Source: Podarcis filfolensis (taxonomy: Eukaryota). From it: a stretch of 64,000 nt of DNA. Shown here in pieces: positions 1 through 12,457 of this stretch (position 1 is the stretch's first letter; every line of letters begins with the position of its first letter). The stretch is from the NCBI GenBank assembly GCA_964270895.1, contig OZ185442.1; one strand, given 5' to 3'. Below the pieces are notes generated by a model. That model ran no database searches and was not told the origin of the DNA. It saw only the letters and a list, made by a program, of their open reading frames with translations. The translations under genes and the position numbers were made by a program.

Positions 1-2169
1 TCCTGCTGCCTCAGTGTGAATGTCAGCCTTTCTTGCAAAACCTTAGCTGTGCCTTCACATTTTCCAGCAAAACTTCCACCATACAGATGTTGCTGTTGTA
101 AAAATGGAGCCAGAGGGAAGTTTGAAAATACAGCCAACAAGCTGGATGCCTTAACGTGAGCCTGAGCTGACCATGCAGCCTCCAGGAGGGTTCCCTCTCC
201 TTATAGTTTTGTCCTGTGAAGGATATATTGGCTGCAGAAAGGCAACTGGTGTAGATCTCTGCCAACAAAGTAGAGAGCAAAGGACAGGGCAACACTGTGG
301 CTTGGTGATTTATTAGCTACCAGGCTCAGCTGGCTGGTTGGGACATCCATGATTTGCTAGTTCCCAGAAGAGGTTGTAATCTTGGCTTGTGGCTGGCTCC
401 CATCAGTTCCCAACAAAGAGTCCAGATTTTCCATTGTCAAAATCAATGGGATTTTGTTTTCCTTTTTTTTTTGTTTCATGTATTCACGAAATGAGTTGGG
501 CTTTGTGGCTACAGATGGGCACAGGCTGGCTGGTGAAATTCCAATCTGTCCAGCATAGCTCTTTCAAGACTTGGCGCCCAAGAGAGGCTTGCGAGCAAAT
601 GCAGTTGCACCCAAGGTTAAGCAGGGCTGCCTATTATGCCAAGAGTTCTTTAAAATATATGTATTTTAGGGAGAATTCCATTATGTAATGGAATCTGAGA
701 TATATTACCGCCCCCCCTTTGATATTATATATATAGTATATAATCACCCAAAAGCTGCAACTTGCTCATTTTACTCCTCAAGTAATAATTATTATTATAA
801 GCAGGAGGGAGGAAAGGAATTTATAGCATCAACTTCTCTGTTGGAGAGACGCCTTCTTGCAACCGGCGGCTCAGAGCTTCCTGGAGCTCCGGGAGGGACT
901 ATTTGGGGGCTGAGTAGAAGAGAGAGGCAGGTTGTTTTCCAGAAATGCATCTGGAGCCCTTGCTTAGACACGAAGGAGGAAAGGCGTCATTATTTGTCAT
1001 TATTGCTGCCGGTCCCCTTTCGCCCCCGACTGCAACTCTTGAGATCCTCTGCATTTTGCCGAGCCTGCTGATATCATCCTGGCTGCTGCTAATATATAAA
1101 CCAGCATATTGCCCTCCCACTTACAGATTGAATTCTCACCCCAACATTTGCTTTAAATATCCGTGCTTAAGTGCAGATTTCTTTTGCTCACTGGGGTGGC
1201 AGCTTGCCAAGCTGAAGGGAAGCAAATGGAGGGAAGCTGATAAAGGGCGGAGAGCGGGGAGAAGGGAGGATTTCAGGTCCTGTGGAATGCCTAAGATGGG
1301 AATAGACTAACATGTGGCCACACAGTCTCCTAAATCAAAATTCAAAGTGGACCCTGGGGGTCTTACTTGAGAGAAACACTTTGGGCCTTTTCTAGGATAG
1401 CAAAGCTGGCTTTAGTAGGATTTGTGAAATTTCTTCAGTGCAGGGGTAGCTAATTTATGGCCCACAGGACATACCTAGACCTCTAGAGCACCCCACCTCT
1501 GGACAGACAAAATATTTGGGGCAAAAAGAATTCTGATTATACCAGAGATGTTAGGGGCTGTGGCCCTCCAGATATTGTTGAACTACAACTCCCATAACTT
1601 GCTGAGATAGGAAGGGTCCTATATCCCGATGAGTAGAATAAATGGACCCACACTTAGAGATCTGAGAGGTTCAGGCCAGGACCCTCTGTGATGTTGTACT
1701 GGAACTTGGGGCACACCTACCTTGTAGGGTATAGCCACTCGGGATAAGGATTTGTCTCAGGTTGGCCCTGGATCAAAAAGCCTGAAAGTTTCCTTTGTCT
1801 CAGCCAACCTCCTGATGATGGAGGCTGTGTGCTAGTGGGTGGGGGAAGGGACAGGAATCTGCTTAATGGTGCTCTCATCTTGAAGAATGGTGAGAGTCTG
1901 ATAAACAGGCTGAAAGTTTCCTATTCCCTCCAGCTCCCTCACCCCAAGCTCAAAAGAAGGCATTGATGGTGTGCAGGCATTGTTTCCTGTTACTAGACTT
2001 TATCAGGTAGAAGACGTTGCTTCACCAGATTCCTCAGACTCGGAAGACTTCATTATCCCTCAGAACACAGGAGACAGCGGCTGCAGAGTTGGGCAACAGC
2101 TCTGGCCCAACAGCAGTAACTGATTGGTGTCAGCATCCAGAAGGACTGAGATATGTATATTTGAATGTC

Positions 2170-2430
2170 ATTTGGCCTTGTATGCATTTTTACAAGTGAT
2201 ATTTCCTAAGTGGATGCTTTATGCTATTTTCTCTAGCATATGCAATTTTTTAGCACAGTGTCTCCGTAGTATATGCATTTTGGCATGGGGTCTTTGATCG
2301 GACAACTGTATTGCAAAGTCCAGAGGAGTGTGAATCTTGAAATATATCCACGTCTCAGTTCATGTGTTGCTTCGGGAAGCATGACTTTGGTCGATTCTCA
2401 TTAAAATTCAAATCGAACATCTCATCCTTA
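2170..2430 (+). mobile_element. Fragment of an AT-rich non-autonomous element (unclassified; ends ...CATCC(C/T)T), multi-copy in this window
   Basis: Shares TATGCATTTTT / TTGCAAA..TC.GAG.AGTG / TTAAA...GAAC..AATC...CATCCCT segments with copies near 5505, 13860, 18250 and 59385; ends approximate. Confidence 0.55.
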
Positions 2431-3650
2431 CATGCGGCTTGGCTTGCTTAGATGAGTCATCTCATGTCAGCTTTGGCACACAGACTCGGTTTAGCTGCTC
2501 CCTGCCCACCACTGATGAAGGGGGTGGAGTAGCGATGGCCTCTTCCCCAGCCCCCTCTCTTGATGAAGCTGGCTCTGGAGAGGAAGACAAAGCAAGCACA
2601 AGAGTTCAGAAGTGTAAGGTGTGTTAAGTATCTAAGCAACGGGAGCCGATGTGGGAGCTAGTGCCATTGTTTGCAGAGTGTACTTGCAAATCTTCCTGCC
2701 TGCACGCATGCGCGCCAACAGATGCCTCTGTGTGCAATGAGACAATGCAACCTGCTGACACAATGTGGCCTAGCAATTATTTTTAGCTCATCAACATTTT
2801 CTTGCCATAAGAGAATCAGATCACAAGCCCCCACCCCCCATGTGTTGCACTGCCAGGGAGATCTACTGTTGCTCCCACCCAGACGAGAGGTCCAAAGTTG
2901 GCTAAGAGCAGGACATGAAGCCTCAAGTGCCCCTCATTTGACCAAGAAGGACAGCCCCCCAAAAGCCTGGGGCCAGTGATTCATGTTATGAAGGCAGGAA
3001 CACCTGGCTGGGGAAAAAAAAGAAAGACTGAGTTGTCAGCAGAACGACAATAATCTCATTTTTAATATTTGATGGGAGGGAGGGGTGGAAAAGAGATTTT
3101 AGAAAAAGCTCCCAGAGGAATCCTTGCCAGCTTTCCAAAGCACTTAATTCTGCCTCTTTCTTTCCATCTCTGGATCAGTCTGGGAGCATGACAGCAATTT
3201 TTGAAATAGTCTTTCTTTTTCTCCTACAAGGAAGGAAGGAAAATGTATAGTGTGCCGAGCTACAATTCTTTTCATTTTTGTTCTTTTTCAAATCTAAATT
3301 TAATGGATCCCAACTGTTACCTGCCTCATTAGAATGTATGTACTCCAGATTGCAACTATCCAGGTTGTTTTCTTTGCTTTAAAATAAAGGTCACAAGAGA
3401 GAAGGGAAAGGAACTGCTGTAGATCATAGAAACAAGAGAGCAGCATCTGTCCCCTGTGCATAGATGGTGGCACTTGGGCCCCACTTACTCATGGGGGAAG
3501 TGGGGAACTGAAATTCCCAGGATACTGTGCCATGTGCTAGAGGACCGAGTAGCTGGTTCTACATGGCACATGCAGGAGATACCTGGATTACTTGCAGCAA
3601 TGAAAAATGGACATTTATACACAATTCTCTCAAAGTGGGGGAACTCGAAT

Positions 3651-3785
3651 NNNNNNNNNNNNNNNNNNNNNNNNNNNNNNNNNNNNNNNNNNNNNNNNNN
3701 NNNNNNNNNNNNNNNNNNNNNNNNNNNNNNNNNNNNNNNNNNNNNNNNNNNNNNNNNNNNNNNNNNNNNNNNNNNNNNNNNNNNN
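3651..3785. other. Assembly gap (135 N)
   Basis: Run of N in the sequence. Confidence 1.
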
Positions 3786-3899
3786 CACATATAATCCTAA
3801 TCTGAAAGAGACACATTACCAATTATTTTCCTATGAATATGGGACATTTTTACTACTCGAAAATGTTTAACAGAACATACATAATCGGTCTGTGACAAT

Positions 3900-4000
3900 A
3901 ATTTGTTTTAAACTGTTTTTTATATTGAGTTTTAAATTGCTATAACCCACCCTGGGACCTTACGATGAACCATGGTTAAGAAATTTGTAAATAATAATAC
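3900..4000 (+). mobile_element. L2-like LINE 3' tail fragment
   Basis: TTTTAAATTGCTATAACCCACCCTGGGACC...GGTTAAGAAATTTGTAAATAATAATA resembles L2-type tails ending in AAT repeats. Confidence 0.4.
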
Positions 4001-4596
4001 TATATTTCTAGGCACCCTAGAAAGCTTGTATTTATTATGTGTATAGTTGAAGACACACTAATTGCTAAGAAAGCATGAAATGAGAATTTGCCATTTGTAA
4101 ACCTCTCCCTAGGAATAGGGGGCATGAGTTATATTCCCAAATGCTTAAAGTACTTCAAATTTTTCAAGAAGGTGAAAACTGGCACACACATAGCCCTGTA
4201 CCTGCTGATCACTAGAAAAGTATGGAGATATAGTAGCAACTCCTTGTGATAGGAAGTTCCAGTGGCTGGGACTTTTACAGAATCATCTTCCTTGTGAGGA
4301 GGTATAATGGAAGTTTTTTGTAATATCCCTTCCACTATTTACAAATATTTACACTGAGCAGGGGCAAGTGGGCAGGCAGCCCCATCAAATTTCTACTTCT
4401 TCCTCATCAGCTCCAAGAAACTCAAACTTCAACTTTCTCTGACCAAATGCAAATAGCCATATGACTCCTAGCTAAGGTGTGACTTGTATTTCAGTGGTGT
4501 GGCATATTAAAGTATGTTTGTAAAACAGCTCAGAGTGTTTACTTGCAGCGGACCTGGGTTTCTTGGGTTTTCTTTCCTCATGGGCCTAAGGGTCTG

Positions 4597-4660
<64 letters not shown>
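4597..4660. repeat. (TCTT)16 microsatellite
   Basis: Perfect tetranucleotide run. Confidence 0.97.
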
Positions 4661-4661
<1 letters not shown>

Positions 4662-5504
4662 ACACTGATGCTTATGTATGCACTTAAAACTCTTAATGTA
4701 CATAAAACAAAAGTGGGTTTGCAAACAGACGCAACATATAAGAGCCCCTGTCAAAGAGCTTCCATTCACTGGAGATCCTTCCCAAGTGTCCACTTGGGGC
4801 AGACCCAACTCTGGTTCTCAGTAATAGAGGAAATGGGCCTGGGAAGGACCGGAGTGGGAACTATAATGGTCAGGGGCTTGGAGAGTGTGGACAAAGAAAA
4901 CAGAAAGAGCAGGGATGGGTAACTCTTGGAGCCCTCATGAGGGCCGGGGGGGTTTGTTGTGAATTAAGGTCTCTGGATCTGTTGGCAAGAACCGCAATGC
5001 TTTGATTGGAGGGGAGGGGGAGGTATACTGCCGACTGGGTTTCCGCCAAAGCCTTTATCATGCTCTTACAAAAGTGAGGTGTGTAATCAGTTCCAAGCTA
5101 AAGGGGGATTTACTGTTTCTTTCGGGGATTCTCGGAGCTCTCCGGCAACGAAATGGAAAGACTTTATCATCTGCCTCTGAGCTTTAGGGGGTGGCAAGGA
5201 GGGAATGCTGATGAATGGTTGGCCGGGTGTTTATGTGCCAGACTCTGCTCTCATGCAATTAACAAAGCTGGTAAAGGCTGGCAATTTATGCCACGTCTTT
5301 GGTCTCTCCCACCAATACCAGTGTCTCAGATAATGGGATCATCCTGACATTGGCTTATCAGTGCTCTTTGCTCCAACTGGCTTGTCAGTTCCAATATAGA
5401 CCTCCACACAGATATACTAGTGCTACCATGGGTATTTAGTTTCAGCACTGTGCTAGGAGCAGGACAGAGTGGTACAGAGTTGTTCTGAGCATTCAAAAAC
5501 CCAT

Positions 5505-5861
5505 CTAAGCTGAATCAAATGGACCCACTGCTTTACACAAATGTTCCTGGAAAAGCTGAAGCAGTCTCATAAAAATTCATCAGCATTTTGATGTGAATTT
5601 ATGCTAATACACATATTTTTGCCTAAATATTTCCCCTAATACAGTGTATGTTATGCATGTTTTCTCAAATGTTTCCATTTTCATATATAGTTTGCCCCAG
5701 TATGTGTAGCGGGGGATGGGGACAGGGGACCTTACTTGAGAATAGCATTGCAAAATTCAAAGAAGTGAGAATTTCAAATGATTTTTGCATTGTTTCAGGA
5801 AGGGTGAATTAAGTAAGTTTACCTTTAAATGTGGACTGAATCAAATATATTTCCCATCCCA
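5505..5861 (+). mobile_element. AT-rich non-autonomous element copy
   Basis: Same family as 2170-2430 and 18250-18612; ends TTCCCATCCC. Confidence 0.55.
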
Positions 5862-5995
5862 TAAAAACAATGGTATCACACAGGCTAAGATCTGCAGTGT
5901 CTACCTGATTTTGGCAGGTATTTCTGCTGTGCCAAAATAGGAACTTTTAGAAGAGGAAATTTGCCTCCACCCTATTGGCTGCCATAGTTCTACCC

Positions 5996-6131
5996 CAGGC
6001 TTCCTCAACCTCGGCCCTCCAGATGTTTTGAGACTACAATTCCCATAATCCCTGACCACTGGTCCTGCTAGCTAGGGATCATGGGAGTTGTAGCCCAAAA
6101 ACATCTAGAGGGCTGAGGTTGAGGAAGCCTG
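5996..6131. mobile_element. hAT-type palindromic MITE (136 bp)
   Basis: TIRs CAGGCTTCCTCAACCTCGGCCCTCCAGATG / CATCTAGAGGGCTGAGGTTGAGGAAGCCTG; 8-bp TSD TTCTACCC (5988-5995) vs TTCTATCC (6132-6139). Confidence 0.88.
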
Positions 6132-9100
6132 TTCTATCCTCTGTAGTCCAGGGTAGCATTCATGATTCACCTACCTAATCAAGTTTTCACCTGGATTCTC
6201 CCTGGAGATGTTGGGACTGAACCAGGGAGGGCATGCAAAGCAGCTTCTCTATCACTGAGCCACACAGCCCTTCAACAAGACACCCAATGCTTCCTATGAA
6301 CATGTTCACAGAGATATTTAGGGTTAAGTTTCATACATGCAGAAAAACAACCTTGTTTCCTGCACACAAGCAAATACTTGGTTGACCCATCATTCACGCA
6401 TGCTTAACACTTGAGGGCTGCATTAAGTGATCACTTGTATGTGTGAAAAAGCCAACACATGTCAAATGCTACAGACAGAAATTCCCTGTGCTTTTCAGTG
6501 GAGTTGGTTCACACATTCAGCTGCCAGTCATCAAGGATGGAGCAAACTGAGTGAAATTCCCCCTGATGCTTACTGGAACAACACTGAACAGTCAAGAACT
6601 GATCTGAACAAGCTCCCTCATTAGCTTCCTTTTGTTGCCTAATTAATTAATGTTTACAAGACTCTAAGATCCTCTTCTGAAAAGGCACTGACAGCAACAC
6701 CAAGTATTTTTTATAATAGTAATAATAACTATTCTTATTATCATTAATGCTGATGATTTGCATTAGCCCCTCTTTCAGTTGCATTCATTGCCAATGCAAA
6801 GATGTCATTGGGAATTGCTGTCCCAGCTGAAATAGACCAAGCAGACCTGCCTTAAGACTAGAGTCTTGAAATTTGGAGTGAAATTACGACTTCTCTCAAA
6901 TAATCTTGAGAAAAGGGGATTGTGAAGAAAAGGGCCTTTGGGTTAAAGAAGAAAGAGCAGTATCATCATTTGTGATTGGCTGGCAGTATCTGTCCCCTGG
7001 ATTGGCCAAGCCTACAATAAATATTCGGCTCCTAGCCCCAGAAGAGCCTTCATATGAGACCCAAGCTCCTGCTCAGGCTCAGCTGCCCTGCTCCAGTTGT
7101 AATACCAGACACTAGCAGTCTTGGAAAATGTATTTATTTAAAATTGTTTATATCTTCATTCCTCAGGAGATCAGAGCAATGTACAATAAATACAGTAAAA
7201 AAACAACAACCCAACAACCTACAACCACAGAATAAAATACAATGATGTAAAAAAACAGTATCAGATGCCACAGCAGCCAAAATATTTAGGATGACTCCAG
7301 AGTCTCTTTAAAAAGAAAAGGTTGTATCCAATGTTAGTCATACTCAGAGTAGACCCACTGAAATTCATGGACATAGCTAACTCAAAACCACGTCCTTAGA
7401 ACTTAGAACCAGACACTTTGGAAATGATGTTGCTCAGTAAACTGAACTGGTTTAAATGGGGTTTTCACTGTCATGGGCCTGCTTGATTATTGAGTTGTAA
7501 GTCACCTGGGCATTTGAATTACTAGAAAAGAATTACTCTTAGGTTATGTGTATGAATAAATTTATGTGCTTTGGGGAAGGGCCATAGCTTAGTGGGAGAG
7601 CATGTAGAAGGTCCCTGGCTGAATCCCCAGGAGAGATTCTTGCTGCTGGTTGAGCCTTGCAAAGCCCTTTGAGCTGGCCTTTGCAGCAATGCTGAGCAGC
7701 TGGTCACCTGTGTATGCAAACCCCTTTCAGCCAAGCCCCATCTTTACCTGCCCTGCACCTGGCAACATGTGTGGTGTCAGGTGTCACACAGGTAGGCATG
7801 GCTCACCTGAAATGACCTCACAGGTCAACGATGGAGTCCAGGTGGGCTAGAAGATCCCACCACTGACCTCAGTCCTGACCTTGCTGGAGGGGCTTCCTGG
7901 GAAGAGGAAGTAAGAATAAATTTGGGTCACACATTCTTGATCTTCCTCTCTTCACAATGGGCTCTTGTTTGCCTTTATTTGTTACCAGCAGCCCTGTCAA
8001 GACAACGGGCCCTTCCTGGATAGAGAATATTGACAATGCCCCTAGGTTTCTGAGAGCAAGAGCGGCAGTTGATTTGCCAGGAGAGATGAGTGCTGTCTTG
8101 TGAGTCACCTCCAGCCCTCAGAGAATTTGGCCATATTGGGGAGATAAGATGAGAGAGGATTACTTACCACTTAGCTACATCTATCAAAAAACATTTAGCC
8201 TTGAATGGAATGCAGCACTCAAGCTGAATTGGCTGCGGAGCCTAATTCAGGAAGAGGCTACCCAGGATCCTTTGCAGTGCTGCAGGACTTGCTGGGATGC
8301 AACGCTTGGGCTCTGCAATGTGGACATGGCTGATTGCAGTCTGCAAATTTAATGGGTCCTTTACTCTGGGGACAATTGTGACATTGGTGGCACAGCATTC
8401 TAGTCCGTGCTGGGGAAACCTGAAGTTTCCTGGCCGCAGAGTAGATTAATAAACACTTGCTGCTGACTATTACTGATGGAGCAGCTATATGATATCCATA
8501 CAACCAGAAGCCGTATTCCTTTCGAGGAGGAAAGTGGTTTTCTTTGTACCGGCAGCTAATTAAAAGAGAGCATTCCAAGCTGCTCTACAGTACACTTCAT
8601 TGTTGTCTTTATGGTTTAGATTCTGTCTCTGTGCCAGCCTCCCATTGAGAAACAAAAACACTTATCTTGTTCACTGCTATCTCCCTCACTTTTATATATT
8701 TATCCCCTCTCTTTCTTCCTCTGTCTCTCCTCAAGCCTTCTTGGTCCCAGGTGCCCCACAGAGCAATGATAATGCTGCCTATCACCATCTCCATGTGACA
8801 GCTCTGAGCTGCTAAAGCTCAACGATTCGTTTACTAATTGCCTGCCCTCCCTCTTCCCAAATTTGCTGGGAATGGGACCCAGATTGAATCGGGTGCAGCC
8901 AAGGGAGTCCAAGAAACAGCAAGAGCAGAAGTGGCCGCCTCATTGCTGAGACCAGCAGGGAAGTCAGATGCAGAAAACTTTGTAGAGTGTCATCCATGGG
9001 TTTTGGACTACAACTCCCATCAGCATGCTCAGATAATTTCAACATAGCCAATTCCTGCCTGGGCTATGAATTTTGGGAGGAACTAAAAGAATTACAGCAC

Positions 9101-10241
9101 AACAGAATGCCTATCTAGACACTGTATTTTATCTAAGTTTGGGGGTTCCTAGCCAAACAAACTATCTGAAGGCACCTGAAAGAGCTTTCGCAAACAAGAC
9201 TAGCAACATTCTGTAGAGGTTGGGTTTCTGTAACCGAAACTATTCCCTGTTTATAATTGGGGTATTGAAACAGAGAGAATGTGATTCCAAGGATGAAATA
9301 AGAGGTGAACCATCTCCTGGTTCCAAACCCAACAGCAAGCATCACTCTGTCAGGTGGACCACACACACAGCCTCTCATGCCCACCCAACCCTCACATTAC
9401 CAATATTTCTGGATTGCTGGGTCATGGCTGTGTACAGGGTCAGTTTGCCTGAGGTAAAGGGCGCCACATACAAATGCCAGCCAGAGTGGCAGTTGAATCT
9501 GAGCAGAACCGTCTACCACACCCAAGGACAGCAGTCTACCTTAGGGGACACAGGGCAACCCATATGTGGCACATACAATTGTGTCCTCCAGTGTCTCCCC
9601 ACCTGTTCCCCAGGATCTGCTGCCTGAGGCCACTGCCTCCCTTTGTCTAACCGTAGGGCTGGCTCTGGCTGTGCAGCTTTCCCATTAGGCCACCTCTCTC
9701 TGAGGTGACACTTGGCAGTAAAAAAGAAGCAATGGATGCTCCCGATAATGCTTTCTATGGCCTGTCTCACTCAGTAATAAGGTTATATTATTTTTATGGT
9801 AAAGCCAATACAAAGTCAATTAAAAGCGAAGGGGCGGGTAGGAACAATAGTCCACAGAGATTTGAGCAGCAGGCAGAAAAGGGCTTTGAGGGAGCAGTGC
9901 AGAGTGTTCCCTGGGACTGCAATGCGTGAATGCCCTCTGCACCTGCTGAAAATGAGAGATAGGGATGTGGGAAGGAGATAAGCCCCCTTACTGCATATTG
10001 ATTCTGTTGGCCAAAGCTTTACTCCATGCCACTCTTCCGCAAGAGTCAGCAGATCAATGCTGGGTGACGCCAGCTGAGGATATGGCCCAGGGAATTTAAA
10101 AAGGCAAAAGCTAAACTGGTGAGGTGGCGGGGGATGGGTGAGGAAAGGTCATTTATTCCATATTTTGTTTTAAATCCCTTGATTCCGTCTCAGGCTGCTG
10201 GGGCGAGAAAACCGAGGGCCGGTGCTCTGTGATTCTGAATC

Positions 10242-10242
<1 letters not shown>

Positions 10243-10282
<40 letters not shown>
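10243..10282. repeat. (GT)20 microsatellite
   Basis: Perfect dinucleotide run. Confidence 0.97.
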
Positions 10283-10285
<3 letters not shown>

Positions 10286-10878
10286 TTGACAAAGTGTTAT
10301 CGCTTTGCAGAGTTGTCATAATCACCCAAAGAGGCAAATTCTATTTATTTGATGCTTGAATGTCTGATTCATCAGACATCCTCTGCCAAGTCCGGGAAAC
10401 GGAGACAGTAGCGTGGAAGGAGCCGAGCTTCGCTTGTCTATCTCCAGGTCAATACATTTATTTTTGTGAAGGAAAGCTTCTCTCTTTCCTCGCATCCTCG
10501 CCATCCCCCCCCCTCACCACGCCATCCTCAATCCCTTTCTCAAATGTTTTGTTGAAGAGTAGAAGTGCTCTCTTCCATTGTCAGAGGCCTCTCTTCTGCC
10601 CAGAAAGAGATAAGAGGGGAGAGAGAAAATTGAAGGGTTTCCGACACAGCAGCTTTCCTTGGCTCACAAGCGGATGGCTGTTGTTGGTATGTTTATATCT
10701 ACCAAATGGGAGCAGCAATTGAGTTGGGGGGGGGGAGTACTTCTTGAAATGAAATGGGGAGGGGCAGGGAGTGGGAAGGTAGGTGCCTGAAATCAATGGG
10801 TAGAGCAGTTATGATTAGTAATAGACAAACCTATCAGTTTCAGCTTCTCTCAGTTTCTCATCTTCCTACTGTTGTTTA

Positions 10879-11104
10879 CAGTGGTACCTCGGGTTACAAA
10901 CACTTCAGGTTGCAGACTCTGCTAACCCAGAAATATTACCTTGGGTTAAGAACTTTGCTTCAGGATGAGAACAGAAATTGTGCTCTGGCAGTCCGGCGGC
11001 AGCGGGAGGCCCCAGTAGCTAAAGTGGTACCTCAGGTTAAGAACATTTTCAGGTTAAGAACGGACCTCCAGAATGAATTAAGTTCTTAACCCAAGGTACC
11101 ACTG
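10879..11104 (-). mobile_element. Tc1/mariner (Tigger/pogo-like) MITE, copy 1
   Basis: TIRs CAGTGGTACCTCGGGTT / AACCCAAGGTACCACTG flanked by TA on both sides; reverse-complement homolog of 14044-14269 and 60473-60687 (strand is relative to those copies). Confidence 0.9.
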
Positions 11105-11106
11105 TA

Positions 11107-11310
11107 TATTTGTTTATCTATTTGTTGCATTTTTATCCCCCTTTTTTTCTCCAAGGAGCTCCAGGGGGGTTTACATGATTCTCCCCCGCTCCTCATTTAT
11201 TCTCCACAATAACCCTGTGAGTTAGGTTAGGCTCAAAGGTGGTGACCAGCCCAAGGTTACCCAGGGGGCTTCATGGCTGAGTGGGGATTAAGATGGCAGA
11301 GCCAGCCCAA
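11107..11310 (-). mobile_element. Squam3/MIR-like SINE, degraded
   Basis: CCACAATAACCCTGTGAGTTAGGTTAGGCTC...CCCAAGGTTACCCAG...GCTTCATGGCTGAGTGGGG matches the MIR-core-like copies at 24321, 45222 and 59572. Confidence 0.7.
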
Positions 11311-11593
11311 TACATTTTGGCCCCTTAGGTGGATCCCAAAATGGACCCTTTCTCTGCCATGGAAGAAGGGGAAAGTTTTACATCAGGAACAAGGGGGAAG
11401 AAAGATCGACATTGGGATCTGGTGCCCCAGTGAATCCTGCCACCTGAGGCAGTTGCCTCACCTTGCCTCATAGATGGGCTGGCTCTGTTTAGAAGGCAAT
11501 TAATAAATCAGTAATAATAATGATAACAGCAATAATAATACCTGGAGATGCCTTCTGCATGCAATGCAGTTGCTCTACCACTGCACCAGAGTC

Positions 11594-11624
<31 letters not shown>
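11594..11624. repeat. (TAA)10 microsatellite
   Basis: Perfect trinucleotide run. Confidence 0.95.
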
Positions 11625-11625
<1 letters not shown>

Positions 11626-12169
11626 TTTACACACCCAGTTCAAGAATCCTTACATACAGACATATTTAATCTCCCTAGACTCAAACAAATGTTCCAATGT
11701 AAGACAAAAGAATACCATGTGGCAGAGCAGCCGGGGGATTTGCTTTATATAATTTGTCCATTTCTTCTTCTAGGTTAACCATGCATGCAGCTCCTAATGC
11801 TTTCAGTAGCCATTCTTTAAAGATGCAATAGTTGGATTTTCCCAGTGTCTTGCATGGACAATCCTTGCCCCAATTAAAAGATTGACAATCACATTTTCAC
11901 TTCCATTGTTTGATACATTCTGTATGTACTTTGAGAGTAAAGTCAAAGCACTGAAAGCCTAGTCTAATCCTTGTTATCTGGTTAATTATATGAGAAATCT
12001 AGTGTGTCGAATAGCTTTGGATGTTGGGGCAACTCCACAACACCTGAAATAAGCCTTCATCCAAAATACCACATTGCCAGCATCCCAACACAATTCATTT
12101 GATAAATCCTTTTCATTCTTTGTTCATTATCTTATCAATCCTATTCATTCTTTCCTCCCCTTCCTCGGG

Positions 12170-12362
12170 GAAGGGCTGTGTGGCTCAATGTGGCACATGT
12201 GTTGCATGCAGAAGGTTTCAGGTAGAGTCCCCAGCATCTCCTGATAGAACTGGGAGGAACCCCTGGCTGGAACCATGGAGAGCAAATGCCAGTTAGCATT
12301 GACAAAGCTGAGCTACATAGACCAGTGGTCTGTCTTGGTATAAGGCAGGTTTCTGTGTTCCT
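12170..12362 (+). mobile_element. tRNA(Cys-like)-head SINE, degraded
   Basis: GGCTCA...GCACATG.TTGCATGCAGAAGGT head; body ...CCATGGAGAGC..TGCCAGT...GAGCTA.A..GACCA.TGGTCTG.CT.GGTATAAGGCAG shared with several copies in the window. Confidence 0.7.
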
Positions 12363-12389
12363 TTGAATGTCATGGATGCTTTAACTGAG

Positions 12390-12457
12390 ATTCTTGCATG
12401 GCTGGGGGTTGGATTAGAGGACTCTTGGGATCCCTTCCAACTCTATAATTCTATGAA
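12390..12457 (+). mobile_element. CR1-type 3' tail
   Basis: GGGGGTTGGATTAGAGGACTCTTGGGATCCCTTCCAACTCTATAATTCTATGA is the typical CR1 terminal stem-loop plus ATTCTATG tail. Confidence 0.75.

Noticed and set aside
1782-1921. 12-bp direct repeat CTGAAAGTTTCC as a possible TSD
   Set aside because: The enclosed sequence has no TIR, poly(A) or recognisable element.
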